A stretch of 63,789 nucleotides of DNA, the filler included, from Octopus bimaculoides (lineage: Eukaryota): assembly GCF_001194135.2 (NCBI RefSeq). It is 7 parts of 5 records of this genome, joined end to end, with 100 filler letters (N's around TTAATTAATTAA, not from the genome) between each part and the next. Parts side by side here need not be neighbours in the genome. Positions count along the whole stretch, not along the records: positions 1 to 14,352 come from NC_068984.1; positions 14,453 to 28,232 come from NC_068981.1; 5 more parts are not named here. One strand, 5' to 3'. A program made the translations under genes and the position numbers. Every line of letters starts with the position of its first letter. Within the stretch, counting starts at the first letter, position 1. The notes under the pieces were generated by a model. The model saw only the letters and a program-made list of their open reading frames with translations. It ran no database searches and was not told the DNA's origin. Positions 13,590 to 26,848 of the stretch are shown here, one piece after another.

Positions 13590-14310
13590 TTTCTTCTACG
13601 CAGTTTACCGTAATATCTATCGTTGAAAGCAGTATACCAAATTTTAGTTTCCTTTTACTCCTTCTTCCACATCGCGCACACCCTTCCTTTCCCACTTTTC
13701 GTTTTCTTTTTCTCAGTCATTTGCTTCCATTGTATGTTGCTGCTGTCTTGCTTGTTATTGGTTGAACTGTGGGATGTGATATATTCTTTCGTTCTTATGT
13801 TGCACTATTATCTCTTCAACGGTCTTTTCAAACGTCTTTTCAACATTTACTTTCACTTTAACCCCTTCAACAACGTCTGTCTTTTATAGTCTTCTTTACC
13901 AACTGATATAATGTCTGAGGTGCCGTTTGCAGTGGAAAACAAGTGTAACTTTGACACTATTTCTCAGTGATTTTCGGCACGCTTGCGCTATTTTTTTTGG
14001 CATGATTCACTCGTTTTTCCTACTATACGTCTTTTTCTTCTTATTTTGTCAACTTCGTGTCAGTTTCTTTATGGGTTGTAATCATTTTAATGGCTGGAGA
14101 GTTTGTTTACTGTTTGGACGAATTTGCCTAATATACTATATAAATGTTATCATAACGCCATTTAATTTACTTATAAGTCTATAAACATATGTATGTGTGG
14201 GTGTACTTATATATATTCACAAGGCCATATGTAATTCTATTTGAAATAAACTTAATGGAGTGACTGCTGTAGTTTAAAAGAGTGGACTTGAGGTTAGAAA
14301 GTTATTTTAA

Positions 14311-14352
<42 letters not shown>

Positions 14353-14452
14353 NNNNNNNNNNNNNNNNNNNNNNNNNNNNNNNNNNNNNNNNNNNNTTAA
14401 TTAATTAANNNNNNNNNNNNNNNNNNNNNNNNNNNNNNNNNNNNNNNNNNNN
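14353..14452. other. Artificial scaffold-joining linker N44-TTAATTAATTAA-N44
   Basis: Exactly 100 bp, stops in all six frames, identical at six sites. Confidence 0.97.
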
Positions 14453-14974
14453 TATATATAAAACAGGACGGGACAAGAACGCAAAACATCCAGACAGACA
14501 AGTGATACAAAAATGGGGCAACAAAACATCCAGATAAACGATACAAAGAAAACAAGGATGGGTCATTCGGAGTTTCCTTTCCTCAGTCAAGTTCCAGATT
14601 ATCTTTGCAATTTCGGGTGGTTATACTCGAGATTGCTCCAATCTGGCCAGCCCCAAGAAAAAACTAAGCTAAGAGCATTAGATTCCTTGGAAGAAGGCAG
14701 CGAATGTATACGAAAACAAAGACGGAAAAAGAAAAAGGAGAATGTTACACAAATACAAATAACAGGACATAACAACAGGTGTCTTTCGACTAAGTACGAA
14801 ATAAATTAAGCTGGCGTGTGTGGATGTAAAGCCTTACGGCAGGGATACAACATTTCACAGGTACAGGGAGGAATATCGATGTTGCACGAACGCAGTCAAA
14901 CCAAGAAAGAAAGGTCATTATATATGTGTGTGTGTATGTGTGTATTTTTGTGCCTCTGTTGGTCCTCCCCACCA

Positions 14975-15156
14975 CCGCTTGACAACTGGTGCTGGTGTGT
15001 TTACGTCCCCGTAACTGGGCGATTCTGTAAAAAGACCGATAGAATAATTACCAGGCTTTTAAAAATTAAGTACTAGAGTCGATATATCCGACTAAAAATT
15101 CTTCACGACAGTGCCTCTGCATGACCGCAGTCTAATGACTGGAGCAAGTAAAAAAC
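14975..15156 (+). mobile_element. Short interspersed repeat family F (other copies 30070-30190, 43140-43330 minus, 62800-62990, 32625-32700 minus)
   Basis: Shared GGTGCTGGTGTGTTTACGTCCCCGTAACT...GTCGAT...CGACTAAAAA...GCATGGCCGCAGTCTAATGACTGAAACAAGTAAAA scaffold. Confidence 0.75.
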
Positions 15157-17185
15157 GTACATACATACATGCATACATACATACATACATACATACATAC
15201 ACGCATGCATTCATACATATCTGTTAATAAATGCATTCACAGTATACTACCTCAACTCGAGCGAAACGAGGAGTGGATTGTGTGATGACATTTAACTTGT
15301 CAGAAATAACAACGAGGTATCGCTCAAGGGAAAGGAAGGACACATTAGATAATGTAATTCCAAGAGGAATGCCTTTGATGACAGACCTAATCGATTATGG
15401 TAAACTTGTATAAATAATAAACACAACAATTGGAATTCTCACTTGATGCCAACTAGGGAACCTTAATGTTGTACTTATCTTTGTTAGAAATAGCAGTCAA
15501 ATATCCTTCGGTCTAGAATATAAAGAGGGATAATATTGCATAATGTAGTGCTGGATGCTCAATGTTGAATAAAGAGCAGGATGGTTGCAGCTAGGATATC
15601 TATGATTACAACTTTGTCTGATCGCTCTTGAACCAACTAACAATTCTTCCTAAATTTTCGCAGAAGGCAAGCAACTTTGATGGGTGGCGGAAATCGATTG
15701 CATTGACCCCTGTATTCAACTTATACTTATACTATCGACATAAAGAATATGACAAGCAAATTCGACATCGGTGGCTTTTGAACTCAGGAACCAGAAGAAA
15801 TGCCGCTTGAACCGACTGCTAAAAGCAACAACTTTAACTCTGTTGAAAGTGTTCCTTTCTCACTATAAAAATCGCTACACACAACCAACAATATATTTCA
15901 ATGAATTGGATGTTTACGCATTTTTTCATCTGTTTACTGTTTAAGCTAAATCATCCACTATATGTTTTCTCTTTATATTTAGGCTTTTTCATTTTCCATT
16001 CAGATATGCACTTTTAACAGTCAATAATTTATTTCCCTCACAACTAACACCATCCTTTCTATATTTTATTATCCAAAAAATAAAGTTCTTTTTTTTTTAT
16101 CTAGCTTGTTTGAATGTTTCCGTGTTTGTTAGCTCAGGGGTTATTGAAGCTAGAAAGGGTCTCTGATCACGAAACTTCTGTATGTGTATGAATGTTTTCT
16201 CTTAAGCATCATTGTTTTTGACATTTGCAGTTTTAACTAGTTATTTGGATGTATTCTGTTATACAAAAGACAACGACGATGTTATACATCAAAGAACGAA
16301 ATGCAAAAGTAATATTTTCGCATAGGAAGAACTATTTCTTTAAAATATTGGTGGCCATCAAATAAGCGGAATGCAAAAAGACACACAGATATTCTAGTAA
16401 GCATACATCGTGAAAAACGTTACTTTGTACTCCATCATTAACACTATGGCACACCACGAACTTTTTACACCAATGCTAAGTTCTGTTCTTCCTTATCGTC
16501 ATCAGAAGATATCTTGAGAGGGTAATTCTTCAATACTTCGCAGTGTGTTCCTTTTTCACCCCGCCAAACCTTTATGTATTTGATTAACTACGCTAAATAA
16601 ACTGACAATGATTTGATCGTTTTCGTGAACTTTTGTGCTTTATTTTCCATTTTAATTTTCTCTTCCTCAACAGTATATTCTGAGTTACTACCGTCACTCA
16701 CACGTACGCACACATGTACACACGCGCACACACGCACACGCACGCACGCACGCACACACACGCACACACACACACGCACACACACACACACACACACACG
16801 CACGCGTATGTATCTAGTTGTGGGTAAAACAGCTGAAGCTAGCATATCTAAGAGGTGTTACTTTAGAAGTACATATCGTAAGAGATTCACAATATCAAAC
16901 TCGAGCTGTCCACCACTAAGATTAATGTTTCCCTCATGCAGGTTCTCACAAACCTAAGTAAATAAGTTTACTCCTCATTCACCCAGTTGAATAGGATTAT
17001 GTAGGATAGCTGTGTTATTTCTCAAAGTGAAACTAATAGAAATAAAACTAATATATATACACAGTGAAATTATTAATAATGAAAATATAAAAGCGTAAGC
17101 ATTATCTCACATTACAATAGAGATGTCATTGTTTCACTTTTGACACGTAATACTGTCATAATTTTTTGTATGTATATATATATAT

Positions 17186-17401
17186 ACAAGCCGAGATACT
17201 CGGCCTTGCTCGGGATTAAACTGGAACAATATTTTTACTTGCAAGAAGTTTTTGCCCATGTCATTGCGTGGACCCTAAGCAAGGCATGTGTAGAATTTGA
17301 ATGAAATCGGTCGGGTAGTTGTCGAGTTTTAGTGATGCACACATACAAACAGACACACATTCTCAGTTCCATATATACATACATACATACATACTTATAT
17401 A
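17186..17401 (-). mobile_element. Short non-autonomous Helitron-like element
   Basis: On minus, perfect hairpin GCCGAG-TAT-CTCGGC (17190-17204) followed by CTTGT end. Its 5' part (GAGAATGTGTGTCTGT..CTAAAACT..TTTCATTCAAATT.TACACATGCCTT.CTTAGGGTCCA) matches 60700-60795. Adjacent 17095-17165 matches 60870-60920. Confidence 0.7.
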
Positions 17402-17506
17402 NNNNNNNNNNNNNNNNNNNNNNNNNNNNNNNNNNNNNNNNNNNNNNNNNNNNNNNNNNNNNNNNNNNNNNNNNNNNNNNNNNNNNNNNNNNNNNNNNNN
17501 NNNNNN

Positions 17507-17542
<36 letters not shown>

Positions 17543-17566
17543 GTGTGTGTATGTATATGTACATAG

Positions 17567-17623
<57 letters not shown>

Positions 17624-18219
17624 GACAGAGAGAGACAGAGACAGAGAGAGCTTTGATGGGATGTGTGTAAGTTTAGATCAATTAAAAGTATTCGGCTGTG
17701 TTGGTTATCGCTAAGTGAAACAATCTATCGGCACCTAGTTCATCTCCTGCGCATGGTTCGTGCAGTACAATCTTTTTATCCTGTACTGCTTGGATCTTGC
17801 GCTGTTACTGCAGAAGTTAGACGGACTGAAGAGACCCACTATCATACCAGGACACAGAAACAGTATTTCATCATTCATGATAAAATGATATTACCATCAG
17901 CGTATCGTAACAAAACAAATTAAATTTAAGTGATAATGACGTCATACTACTAAGGACATGTCAGTTGTCTTGCAACATGGTACATAGAAATGAGGAGTGT
18001 ACGCTATCGAAGGTTCTGGTGACGTGCAAGGGGGCTAGTTTTGTTCAAATCCCCATGTGAAGAACTTGGAATTATGGAACTCCTCCCAGCCCTGAAGGGC
18101 CAGGTTGTATTCTGTTGGTTCATTTGCCTCCTAGCTCCTAGGAATGTCTAGTCTTGGATGTTTTGTATAAAGAACAGTTTTTCTTTTTCGTTCCGGCACC
18201 AAAATATCCACTCTGATAA

Positions 18220-18541
18220 TGATGACGATAGAAGTAATACTGCTGCCACTGATGAAAATGAAGAAGATGATGATGTAGAAGAGGATGATTGTGGTGATGG
18301 GGTGATTGTCTTCTTGGTGACGATGCTTATTCTGAAAAATAGGATTGCGATGATAATGAAGATTATGATTATTATAACGATGACGATGATGATGATGATA
18401 ACAACGAGATCGTTTTTCAACAAATGAGTGTCCAGTCATTGTTATCTTCTTCCTTTTTGTTGCAGTTGTTGTTGTCATCGTCATTGTAGCTGTTACTGCT
18501 ACTACTGCTGCAGCTGCTGCAGCTGCTGCTGTTGTTGTTAC

Positions 18542-18575
<34 letters not shown>

Positions 18576-18870
18576 ATTGTTGTCCTTGCGAGAGCTTCCC
18601 TTCTTGGCTATTTAAACTTTTTCTCCTCAACACCACCACTACAATTACCCCGACCACTGGCATCACTGCCACAACTACCATGACCGCTACTTCTAGCGCT
18701 ACCACCTCCTCCTCCACCACCTCCACCACCACCACCACCATCACCACCACCACAATCACCATCAAAACCACCACCACTACCACTACCATTGTCCATCTCC
18801 ATTGCTCTCTCAATCTTCTACAATATTGCCCCTATCTTTCCACCTCTCTCTCTCTCTCTCTTTCACTCAC
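18220..18870. repeat. Compound trinucleotide microsatellite field (GAT)n, (GTT/GCT)n, (CAC)n, then (CT)n
   Basis: Direct reading; accounts for the homopolymeric ORFs in the track. Confidence 0.9.
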
Positions 18871-19580
18871 TCTCACTTAATCATTCCTTTGAGCCACTCA
18901 ACCTCCCTCAACAAATTTCACCTTCTTTTGGGACCCCCTCCTTTTTACTTTCGTTTCTTACTCTGTCCTCTCTCGTTTTTCCTCTGCTACAACTCCTCTG
19001 CCTCCTCCTTTTTTTCCGTCTCCCCTTCGCCAATTTCGTCTCTTTTGTAATTTTATTTTTGTTCTTATTTTATTAATTTTCTTCTTTCTATCATTTATTT
19101 TATGCTTTGTTTTCCATTTATTTTGTTCATGTTTTTATTTGCGTTCACGCTTCTTTGATGATTGGTTCGCCGTCGTAATGCAATGGGTTTTGGTTAGCAG
19201 TCAGAAGCAATACTGAAAGAGATGTATCACGGATCGGCTTTTGCCAAAAAGGGGAAGTAATTCCGCTCAATTTGAAACAGCTAAAGTGTGGTAAAGCAAA
19301 TAATCCAGTTAGTTGTGTTTCGGGCTGTAGGGACGTATCACCATTCGTTCTACGATACATTTAACTGGCATTTAAGCGCATATTTATCAAAACTGTCCGG
19401 CCGACTGGCCATGCACATCCCGTACTACTCCCGCATCTTCTTTGCCGGTGGTGAGGATGGTGGTGCGCTGAGGAGTCTCTTTATTTCTATATTCCTTTTC
19501 TTTCTTCTTTTCTCACTGACTGTCTGACTGTCGAACTCTCCTCTCTCTCTCTCTCTCTNNNNNNNNNNCTGACTGTCGAA

Positions 19581-19626
<46 letters not shown>

Positions 19627-19801
19627 TCTCTCTCTCTCTCTCATCGCTCTCTCTCGCTCTACTGTTGATATATTCCCCAGTTTATAGTCTCATCTGTTTA
19701 TCTCTCTGTCTCTCTCTCACTGTGTCTTTTTCCCATCTTCTCTCACCCGTGCGTGTGAGTATACACACACATACATACGTGTGTGTGTGTGTGTGTGTCG
19801 G

Positions 19802-19915
<114 letters not shown>

Positions 19916-21011
19916 CATACATATATACATATATATATGCATGCATATATATAAATATATATAAATATACACATGCATATATACATATATGTATATACAT
20001 GTGTGTACATATACATACATACGTGAATATAAATTAAGAGTTAAACAAGTTGTGACTTTAATGATAAATGATGCAAATATTCACAAGAATATATATGGCC
20101 GTTTATATTGTTTATATGTGTATGATTTGTTTGCGCATGCGTGTTTATACATGTATGCATACGCCTATTCGCCTAAACTATTTGCTGTATATTGTATGCT
20201 TATGAATCGTTTAATTCGCTCAAATTAATATTTATATTCACAAATTTATCTGCTATTTTGATAATAGTTATCTTTTGAACCACTAAGAAACACTGTTATT
20301 AAGATCTGTCTGCAACCAAACACGCACAGACAGACGATATATATGTGTGTGTGAGTAGCATACATACAGAGAGGCGCTCAGAACCATAACACATCCGTAC
20401 GAAAACAGAAGTATGTACATACATAGACACATACATAAAAATGAAGGAAAATAGATAAACAGAAAATCACATATACATACAAACGTACGTAAAAGAACAT
20501 GTATATATAGATATGTGTGTATACATATAATGGTGTGATATATATATACCTTCATACACATATACATGATTGCATATATNNNNNNNNNNNNNNNNNNNNN
20601 NNNNNNNNNNNNNNNNNNNNNNNNNNNNNNNNNNNNNNNNNNNNNNNNNNNNNNNNNNNNNNNNNNNNNNNNNNNNNNNNNNNNNNNNNNNNNNNNNNNN
20701 NNNNNNNNNNNNNNNNNNNNNNNNNNNNNNNNNNNNNNNNNNNNNNNNNNNNNNNNNNNNNNNNNNNNNNNNNNNNNNNNNNNNNNNNNNNNNNNNNNNN
20801 NNNNNNNNNNNNNNNNNNNNNNNNNNNNNNNNNNNNNNNNNNNNNNNNNNNNNNNNNNNNNNNNNNNNNNNNNNNNNNNNNNNNNNNNNNNNNNNNNNNN
20901 NNNNNNNNNNNNNNNNNNNNNNNNNNNNNNNNNNNNNNNNNNNNNNNNNNNNNNNNNNNNNNNNNNNNNNNNNNNNNNNNNNNNATATATATATATATAT
21001 ATATATACATA

Positions 21012-21245
21012 CAGCGGGCTTCTTTCAGTTTCTGTTCACCGATTCTACTCAGAAGGCTTTATTCGCCTCAGGTTTATTCAACAAAACACCTGCCCAAGAT
21101 GCCATGCAGCGAGATTGAACCCGGAAGCATATGCTTGGGAAGCAAGTTTCTTACCTCAAGAACACAACGCGCCACCCAGTCCAGGAATCGAAACCTCAAT
21201 CTTACAATCATGACACCAACATTGTAACCACTAAGGCACGCGCTA
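21012..21245 (-). mobile_element. Fused tRNA-derived SINE fragments (family D body, family C head)
   Basis: Reverse complement matches 22485-22655 and the head of 48231-48370; B-box-like GGTTTCGATTCC. Confidence 0.65.
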
Positions 21246-21442
21246 CCATGGTGGTCAACCGAAAGCTAACCTGAAATGGGATTTTTTCTGTCACTAGATA
21301 TAATATACTTATAGAATTCTTAAAATATTCGTAGAGTTTATAGGAAATTATTAATAAAGAAACATACTCATGGAGAAATTATTGCACATACGGATAGGCG
21401 AGCCTGTACAGAATATATCGCGAGAAACGGTGCATTGGCAGT

Positions 21443-21601
21443 ACTAGCAGAAATACCGCCCTCAGGGCGGGTTTCTATGAAAGTATATGTGTTAAATATA
21501 TAAAGAGGGCGTCTTTTACAATTGAAAAAAATTCAAAAAAATTCATACTGTATTAGAAATCAGTTCGATTTAACAAAGCATGTCGAATCCATCTTCTTTT
21601 A

Positions 21602-21635
<34 letters not shown>
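21443..21635 (-). mobile_element. Short Helitron-like element, copy 1
   Basis: Minus strand reads CCGCCC-TGA-GGGCGG hairpin (21456-21470), TATTTCTG, CTAGT (21447-21443); 5' end runs into (TA)n/gap. Confidence 0.75.
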
Positions 21636-22017
21636 NNNNNNNNNNNNNNNNNNNNNNNNNNNNNNNNNNNNNNNNNNNNNNNNNNNNNNNNNNNNNNNNN
21701 NNNNNNNNNNNNNNNNNNNNNNNNNNNNNNNNNNNNNNNNNNNNNNNNNNNNNNNNNNNNNNNNNNNNNNNNNNNNNNNNNNNNNNNNNNNNNNNNNNNN
21801 NNNNNNNNNNNNNNNNNNNNNNNNNNNNNNNNNNNNNNNNNNNNNNNNNNNNNNNNNNNNNNNNNNNNNNNNNNNNNNNNNNNNNNNNNNNNNNNNNNNN
21901 NNNNNNNNNNNNNNNNNNNNNNNNNNNNNNNNNNNNNNNNNNNNNNNNNNNNNNNNNNNNNNNNNNNNNNNNNNNNNNNNNNNNNNNNNNNNNNNNNNNN
22001 NNNNNNNNNNNNNNNNN

Positions 22018-22048
<31 letters not shown>

Positions 22049-22201
22049 TAATATATATTAATATTTATATATATATATATATACACATGCACGTGTGCGT
22101 GTGTATGTGTTTGTGTAAAAACATGGTCATGGAGACACTATTGCACATATGGATAGGCGAGCCTGTTCAGAATATATCGCAAGAAACGGTGCATTGACAG
22201 T

Positions 22202-22300
22202 ACTAGCAGAAACACCGCCCTCGGGGCGTGTTTCTATAAAAGTATAAGTGTTAAATATATAAAGAGGGTGTCCTTTACAATTGAAAAAAATTCAAAAGAA
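22202..22300 (-). mobile_element. Short Helitron-like element 3' end, copy 2
   Basis: GAAACAC-GCCCCGAGGGCG-GTGTTTC hairpin then TGCTAGT; roughly 85-90% identical to copy 1 by eye. Confidence 0.7.
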
Positions 22301-22484
22301 ATATTAAAAAATTAAAAATGATAAGTCAGCAGAGTTTATTGGGAAAGATAGGCAAAGAATGTATTATTAGAAACATCAGATGATATTAAGAATATTTATT
22401 TAACAATCAAAGAATTTGATTGATGGATTTCAACTTTAATAGATACAATAATTTGTGAAAGTCGTAAAGATAATAACGATAGCC

Positions 22485-22655
22485 GTAGGAGTGGCTGTGT
22501 AGTAAGTAGTTTGATTACCAACCACATGGTTCCGGGTTCAGTCCCACTGAGTGGCACCTTGGGCCAGTGTCTTCTACTTTAACTTCGGGCCGACCAAGGC
22601 CTTGTGAGTGGATTTGGTAGACGGAAACTGAAAAAAGCCCGTCATTTATATATAT
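22485..22655 (+). mobile_element. tRNA-derived SINE family D (other copies 31830-31985 minus, 45652-45802 minus, 63555-63700 plus)
   Basis: GTAGGAGTGGCTGTGT.GTAAG..GCTT..CCAACCACATGGTTCCGGGTTCAGTCCCACTG..TGGCACCTTGGGC.AGTGTCTTCTAC..GACGGAAACTGAAA.AAGCCCGTC followed by a (TA)n tail. Confidence 0.8.
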
Positions 22656-24222
22656 GGCCACAGGCAAATGGCCACTGAAACAAATAAAAGAATAAAAGAA
22701 TACTCTATGCATACCTTACGTTCTAACGATTCTGCCAAACCACCATCTTGACGGAAACAAAGTCGGCCCTGACAGAATTTAAACTTCAGACGTAACTTAA
22801 TGGAATAAGACATTTTACGCGAATTAAAAAAAAAAAAAAATATATATATATATTCATTTTCATTGTAAGCAAAAAGGGAAGCATTTTCTCCGAGGTTTTG
22901 TCGTTTATATCAATCTCAGATTTGATTTGTATTGTATTGAGCATTCAAGGATGAAAGAACGAAATTGACTTCAATAAATAAACGGACATAATTCAATACA
23001 GCCATGGTGTCAGATGTTCAACAGTTTCGAAAATATAGGTTTAAAGCATTAAATTTAGAGGAAAAATATAACCGATTACATCGAATTCAGTATTTGACTC
23101 TTGCTTTATTGCATTCCTCTGTAGCATTACTGCTTCCTCGCACGAGCTGAGAACAGCATATGTCTTGTGATGAAGTGCTTAGTTGTTACTTATATCGCTC
23201 CTAGATATTATAAAAGTGGAAAAGTTAACCCTTGTGAGATTTGAACTCAGAACGTAAAAGAACGTAACTAAATCTGGCAACGTATTTTGTATCTATCTAT
23301 TAGCGTTTATAATCAGTTGTATTGTCCCAAACAGTTAACGGGTGCCCATTTTATCAACGCTGGACGAACAAAAGACAAATTTAACCCTAGCAGAATTTGA
23401 ACCGAGAACATGAAACGACTAAAAACAAAATATAACTTGACCTTTTATCCGATGCGCTACAGTTAAAAAAAACAACAACACTGATTGATCTTCATTACTA
23501 TCCGCGGAGAGGAGCAGCGTATCATAAAATTCCATCTAATAATGTATTCACTCTTGAAGTCAAATCGTAATTCGTTTTCAATTCTCAGTCGCTGCAATTA
23601 CATTTGACTAGTGTCACTAATTCCTTCGGGGAAAATAAAGTTATATAAAGACAACTATTTAATGTTCCTCTTACAGAAATCTCATTCTCCCATTCCTACA
23701 ACTCCTCTACCTTTTCCTCCTCCCTCTTCTTCCCACTCCTGTTCTTCAAATTAGAGTAGTATTCAAACCCATTGACGTATACCTCTGATTACATAAACTG
23801 AGCCAATTGGCTTCATTCCTCACACATCTGCGTGTGTTGACTAAAATATTGATTGCTTCAATTTCTACACTAAATTAGAAATTATTACAAAGCCACGTGT
23901 CTAACCGCCACCCGCATCATTTGTATTGTTTTGGTAATTTAATCTTAATACATTAATTACCATAATTGCCTTACCACTTCAATTATTTATTAGCAATTTT
24001 GCGTGTAATTTAGGTTAATTAATAAACACGTCAGTATATCATTTAATTAATCTTTCAAGTATGAATTAGAAAGCGCTGAACATATCCTTCCACACTATGT
24101 TCTGGGCATCTTATTACTGAATATCTCATGCTTCCTATAGAATCCTCTTTCTCTTCAGTTACACACACATGCACATACACAAACACACACACACACACAT
24201 GCTCATCTATGCATACACACGC

Positions 24223-24253
<31 letters not shown>

Positions 24254-24294
24254 CATACATACAGAGGTGAGGAGACGAATGTATACACATATAC

Positions 24295-24330
<36 letters not shown>

Positions 24331-24339
24331 TTACATATG

Positions 24340-24620
24340 TGCGTCGAACCGGGCTGTGTGTTGTGTTCTTGAGCAAGACACTTTATTTCGCGTTGCTCCA
24401 GTTTACTCAGCTGTAGAAATTAGTTGTGATGTCACTGGTGCCAAGCTGTATCGGCCTTTGCCTTTCCCTTGGATAACATCGGTGGCGTGGAAAGGGCAGG
24501 CTGGTATGCATGGACAACTGCTGGTCTTCCATAAATAACCTTCCCGGATTTGTTCCTGGGAGGGGGGACTTTCTAATTGCAATCACATGGTCATTCTTGA
24601 CCGAAGGGGGTCTTTACTTT
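24340..24620 (+). mobile_element. SINE family C with CORE-like domain (second copy 30310-30610 minus)
   Basis: GTTGTGTTCTTGAGCAAGACACTTTATTTC.CGTTGCTCCAGTT.ACTCAGCTG resembles the CORE-SINE central domain (octopus OR2 is a described CORE-SINE; assignment of this copy is inferred). Shared tail GATGTCACTGGTGCCAAGCTGTATCGGCC. Confidence 0.75.
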
Positions 24621-25039
24621 TACATGTGTGCCTAAAAATGTGATAATGTAATTACGCATACACACGCACAAATTGCTAGGAATAAATCATTTCGCAAGCT
24701 TGCCGAAAATATTTGTTGTAATAAAGTGTTTTAACTGAGACCTCAAAAAATACGAAAATAAATTCCTGAATACACCAACAATTTAAGTGTACGCAGACAC
24801 AAGACACATGACGAAAGGTCAATCGAAAATAATGATTGGTTATAGCATAATAAATAAAATAAGAAAATAGACTCAGATGTGTTCTCCAGACATGAATTCG
24901 TGTTTCTTATTAAAACGTATATTTCAGCCTTGTTAAAGTAAAAGAAATATTCCTGTGAGAGAAAGTCTAGGCCGTAAAACCAATAAAGAAGTCCGAATAA
25001 ATCGAATAGAGTGAGAGCGTTGATTCATTATAAATTTTG

Positions 25040-25390
25040 GCGGAAAGGCAACGATTTCGAGGGAGAAGGAAAGTCAATTACATCGAACCAGTATCCAACT
25101 GGTACTTATTTTGTCGACTCTTAAATGATGAAAGGCAAAGTTGATCTGAACACAGAATGTACAGACGGTCGAAATGTAGGTAAGCATTTTGCTCAGTTTG
25201 CCTGATTCTGCCAGCTCGCTAGACATATTGGTTTCAAATTTTTGCAGAACGTCAGAAATTTCACAGTTGCAGATAAGTCGGTAATATCGACCTCAGTACT
25301 CAACTGGCACTTATTTTATCGACTCCGAAAGGATGAAAGGCACAGTCGACTTGCGCAGAATTTGAACTCAGAACGCAAAGTCAGGCGAAA
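25040..25390 (-). mobile_element. Two adjacent degraded SINE family A copies
   Basis: Reverse-complement similarity to 53615-53840 (ACTGGTACTTATTTT.TCGAC..GATGAAAGGCA.AGTCGAC..GAATTTGAACTCAGAACG). Confidence 0.7.
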
Positions 25391-26848
25391 GATATCAATA
25401 TTTTCGTAGAGGCAGCTTCAGCCATTTCCGGAGCTAGAACCGAATATTGTTGAAATTTGCGATATATTTTCCGTCAGTATGATGGTTGCAGTATGATGTT
25501 GTTTGAATACCAATGGTAGGACTACATCTCATCATAGCAAATGTCTATATTGTTGTTTAATCTCAATTAAGTAACGGCCAAGCAGAGCCCCAATTCAGAT
25601 CTGACCAAACGAAGTCTATGATAAAAAGGCATTTCAGCATTCAACACCCTACATTTTGTGTTTTTGATAGCTAATGTATATATCAAGGGTCACATTGCAC
25701 AAGGTGTGTTTATTTATTTATTTATTTTTAGACAGGAAGGAGTGATTTAAGGATGGTTTTGGTCGCCAGCTCAAGCGAACACGTGAAGGCATCGTCGTTG
25801 TTTTGTCCTAAGCAACTATTGCAAGAAATATTCCCGCATGATGAGTAATTTGATGTACGTTATGGCACAGTGTTATAGCTCATTCTGTAATCAACGGTGG
25901 TAGTGTTTAATTGTGGTCGACTTGTAAGATATAAACTACAAGGAATTGTCTTATATACTATCCTGGACGAAAAGTTCGAACCACTATGTGGTCATTTGAT
26001 CTAGAAGTATCATCAGTCAAATCTCCCTCAAATTATAAACTAGTCTTGTTAAGAAAGGGGTACATTCGATTTATAGTCTTACATGTCACAGTATACTAGA
26101 AAGAGTAGCAAATGTCATGTTTGAAACACATTTACTTATAGATCGGCCCGGTTAGAATTCACGTAGAGTTAATCGTCACGAAAAACAAGCAATCGCAAGC
26201 GGATCATAGAAATATAGAGACTATAGATTCTGTATCATGTTAGCAGTGAATGTATATGAATCTCATGTTGCTTTTCTTTCAATAATACTCGACCAATCTT
26301 CTTCCTGATTAAATACTAATACGTTGAAGCTTTGCACTAGTTTAGTGTAAGTGTGTGCATGCATGTGTGTGTGTGTCTATGTGTGTGAGTATGTGTGTGA
26401 GTGTTCATTGCTTCAACAAGCTACTAGATTTGAAAGAAAGAAACTAAAGTACCTTTAAATGATCATTTCCTATGGCTTAGATAAATCTCGCCGTATAGAC
26501 GGTCGAAGTGTTTTAACAGTGTTACTAGACTTTTCCTATCTTGATCAGAGATGTCCCGGGGTTATGCAACAGTAAATAATGAGTCGTTCTCAGCTTTACT
26601 CAAGACTCGTAATTCTGAAGGGAGAAGGCATGTTGCTTACACCGACCTCAGTATTTGAGTGGTATTTTATTGACTCAGAAATTATGGAAGACAAAAGTGA
26701 CTTTGGCTATATGTGAACTCAGAACGTAATGAGCCGGAAGGAATGTTGCAATATTGTCCTGCACGCTAACGATTCAGCCAGCTCACCTGCTCCTTTAAAA
26801 AAAAGCAAGGAAAATTAGAATAGTAACCTGACATTAAGTGTTATTTGT

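Noticed and set aside
14397-14408. TTAATTAATTAA as a biological repeat, CRISPR repeat or PacI-type site
   Set aside because: It is always centred in exactly 44+44 Ns and is a synthetic six-frame-stop linker. No CRISPR array is present.
18131-18880. Cys-, Gly-, Val-, Asp- or His-rich ORFs
   Set aside because: All frames are translations of trinucleotide microsatellites; no splice or homology support.
19523-19600. Direct repeat CTGACTGTCGAACTCTCCTCTCTC either side of a 10-N gap
   Set aside because: Typical unmerged contig overlap at a (CT)n tract; assembly artefact.
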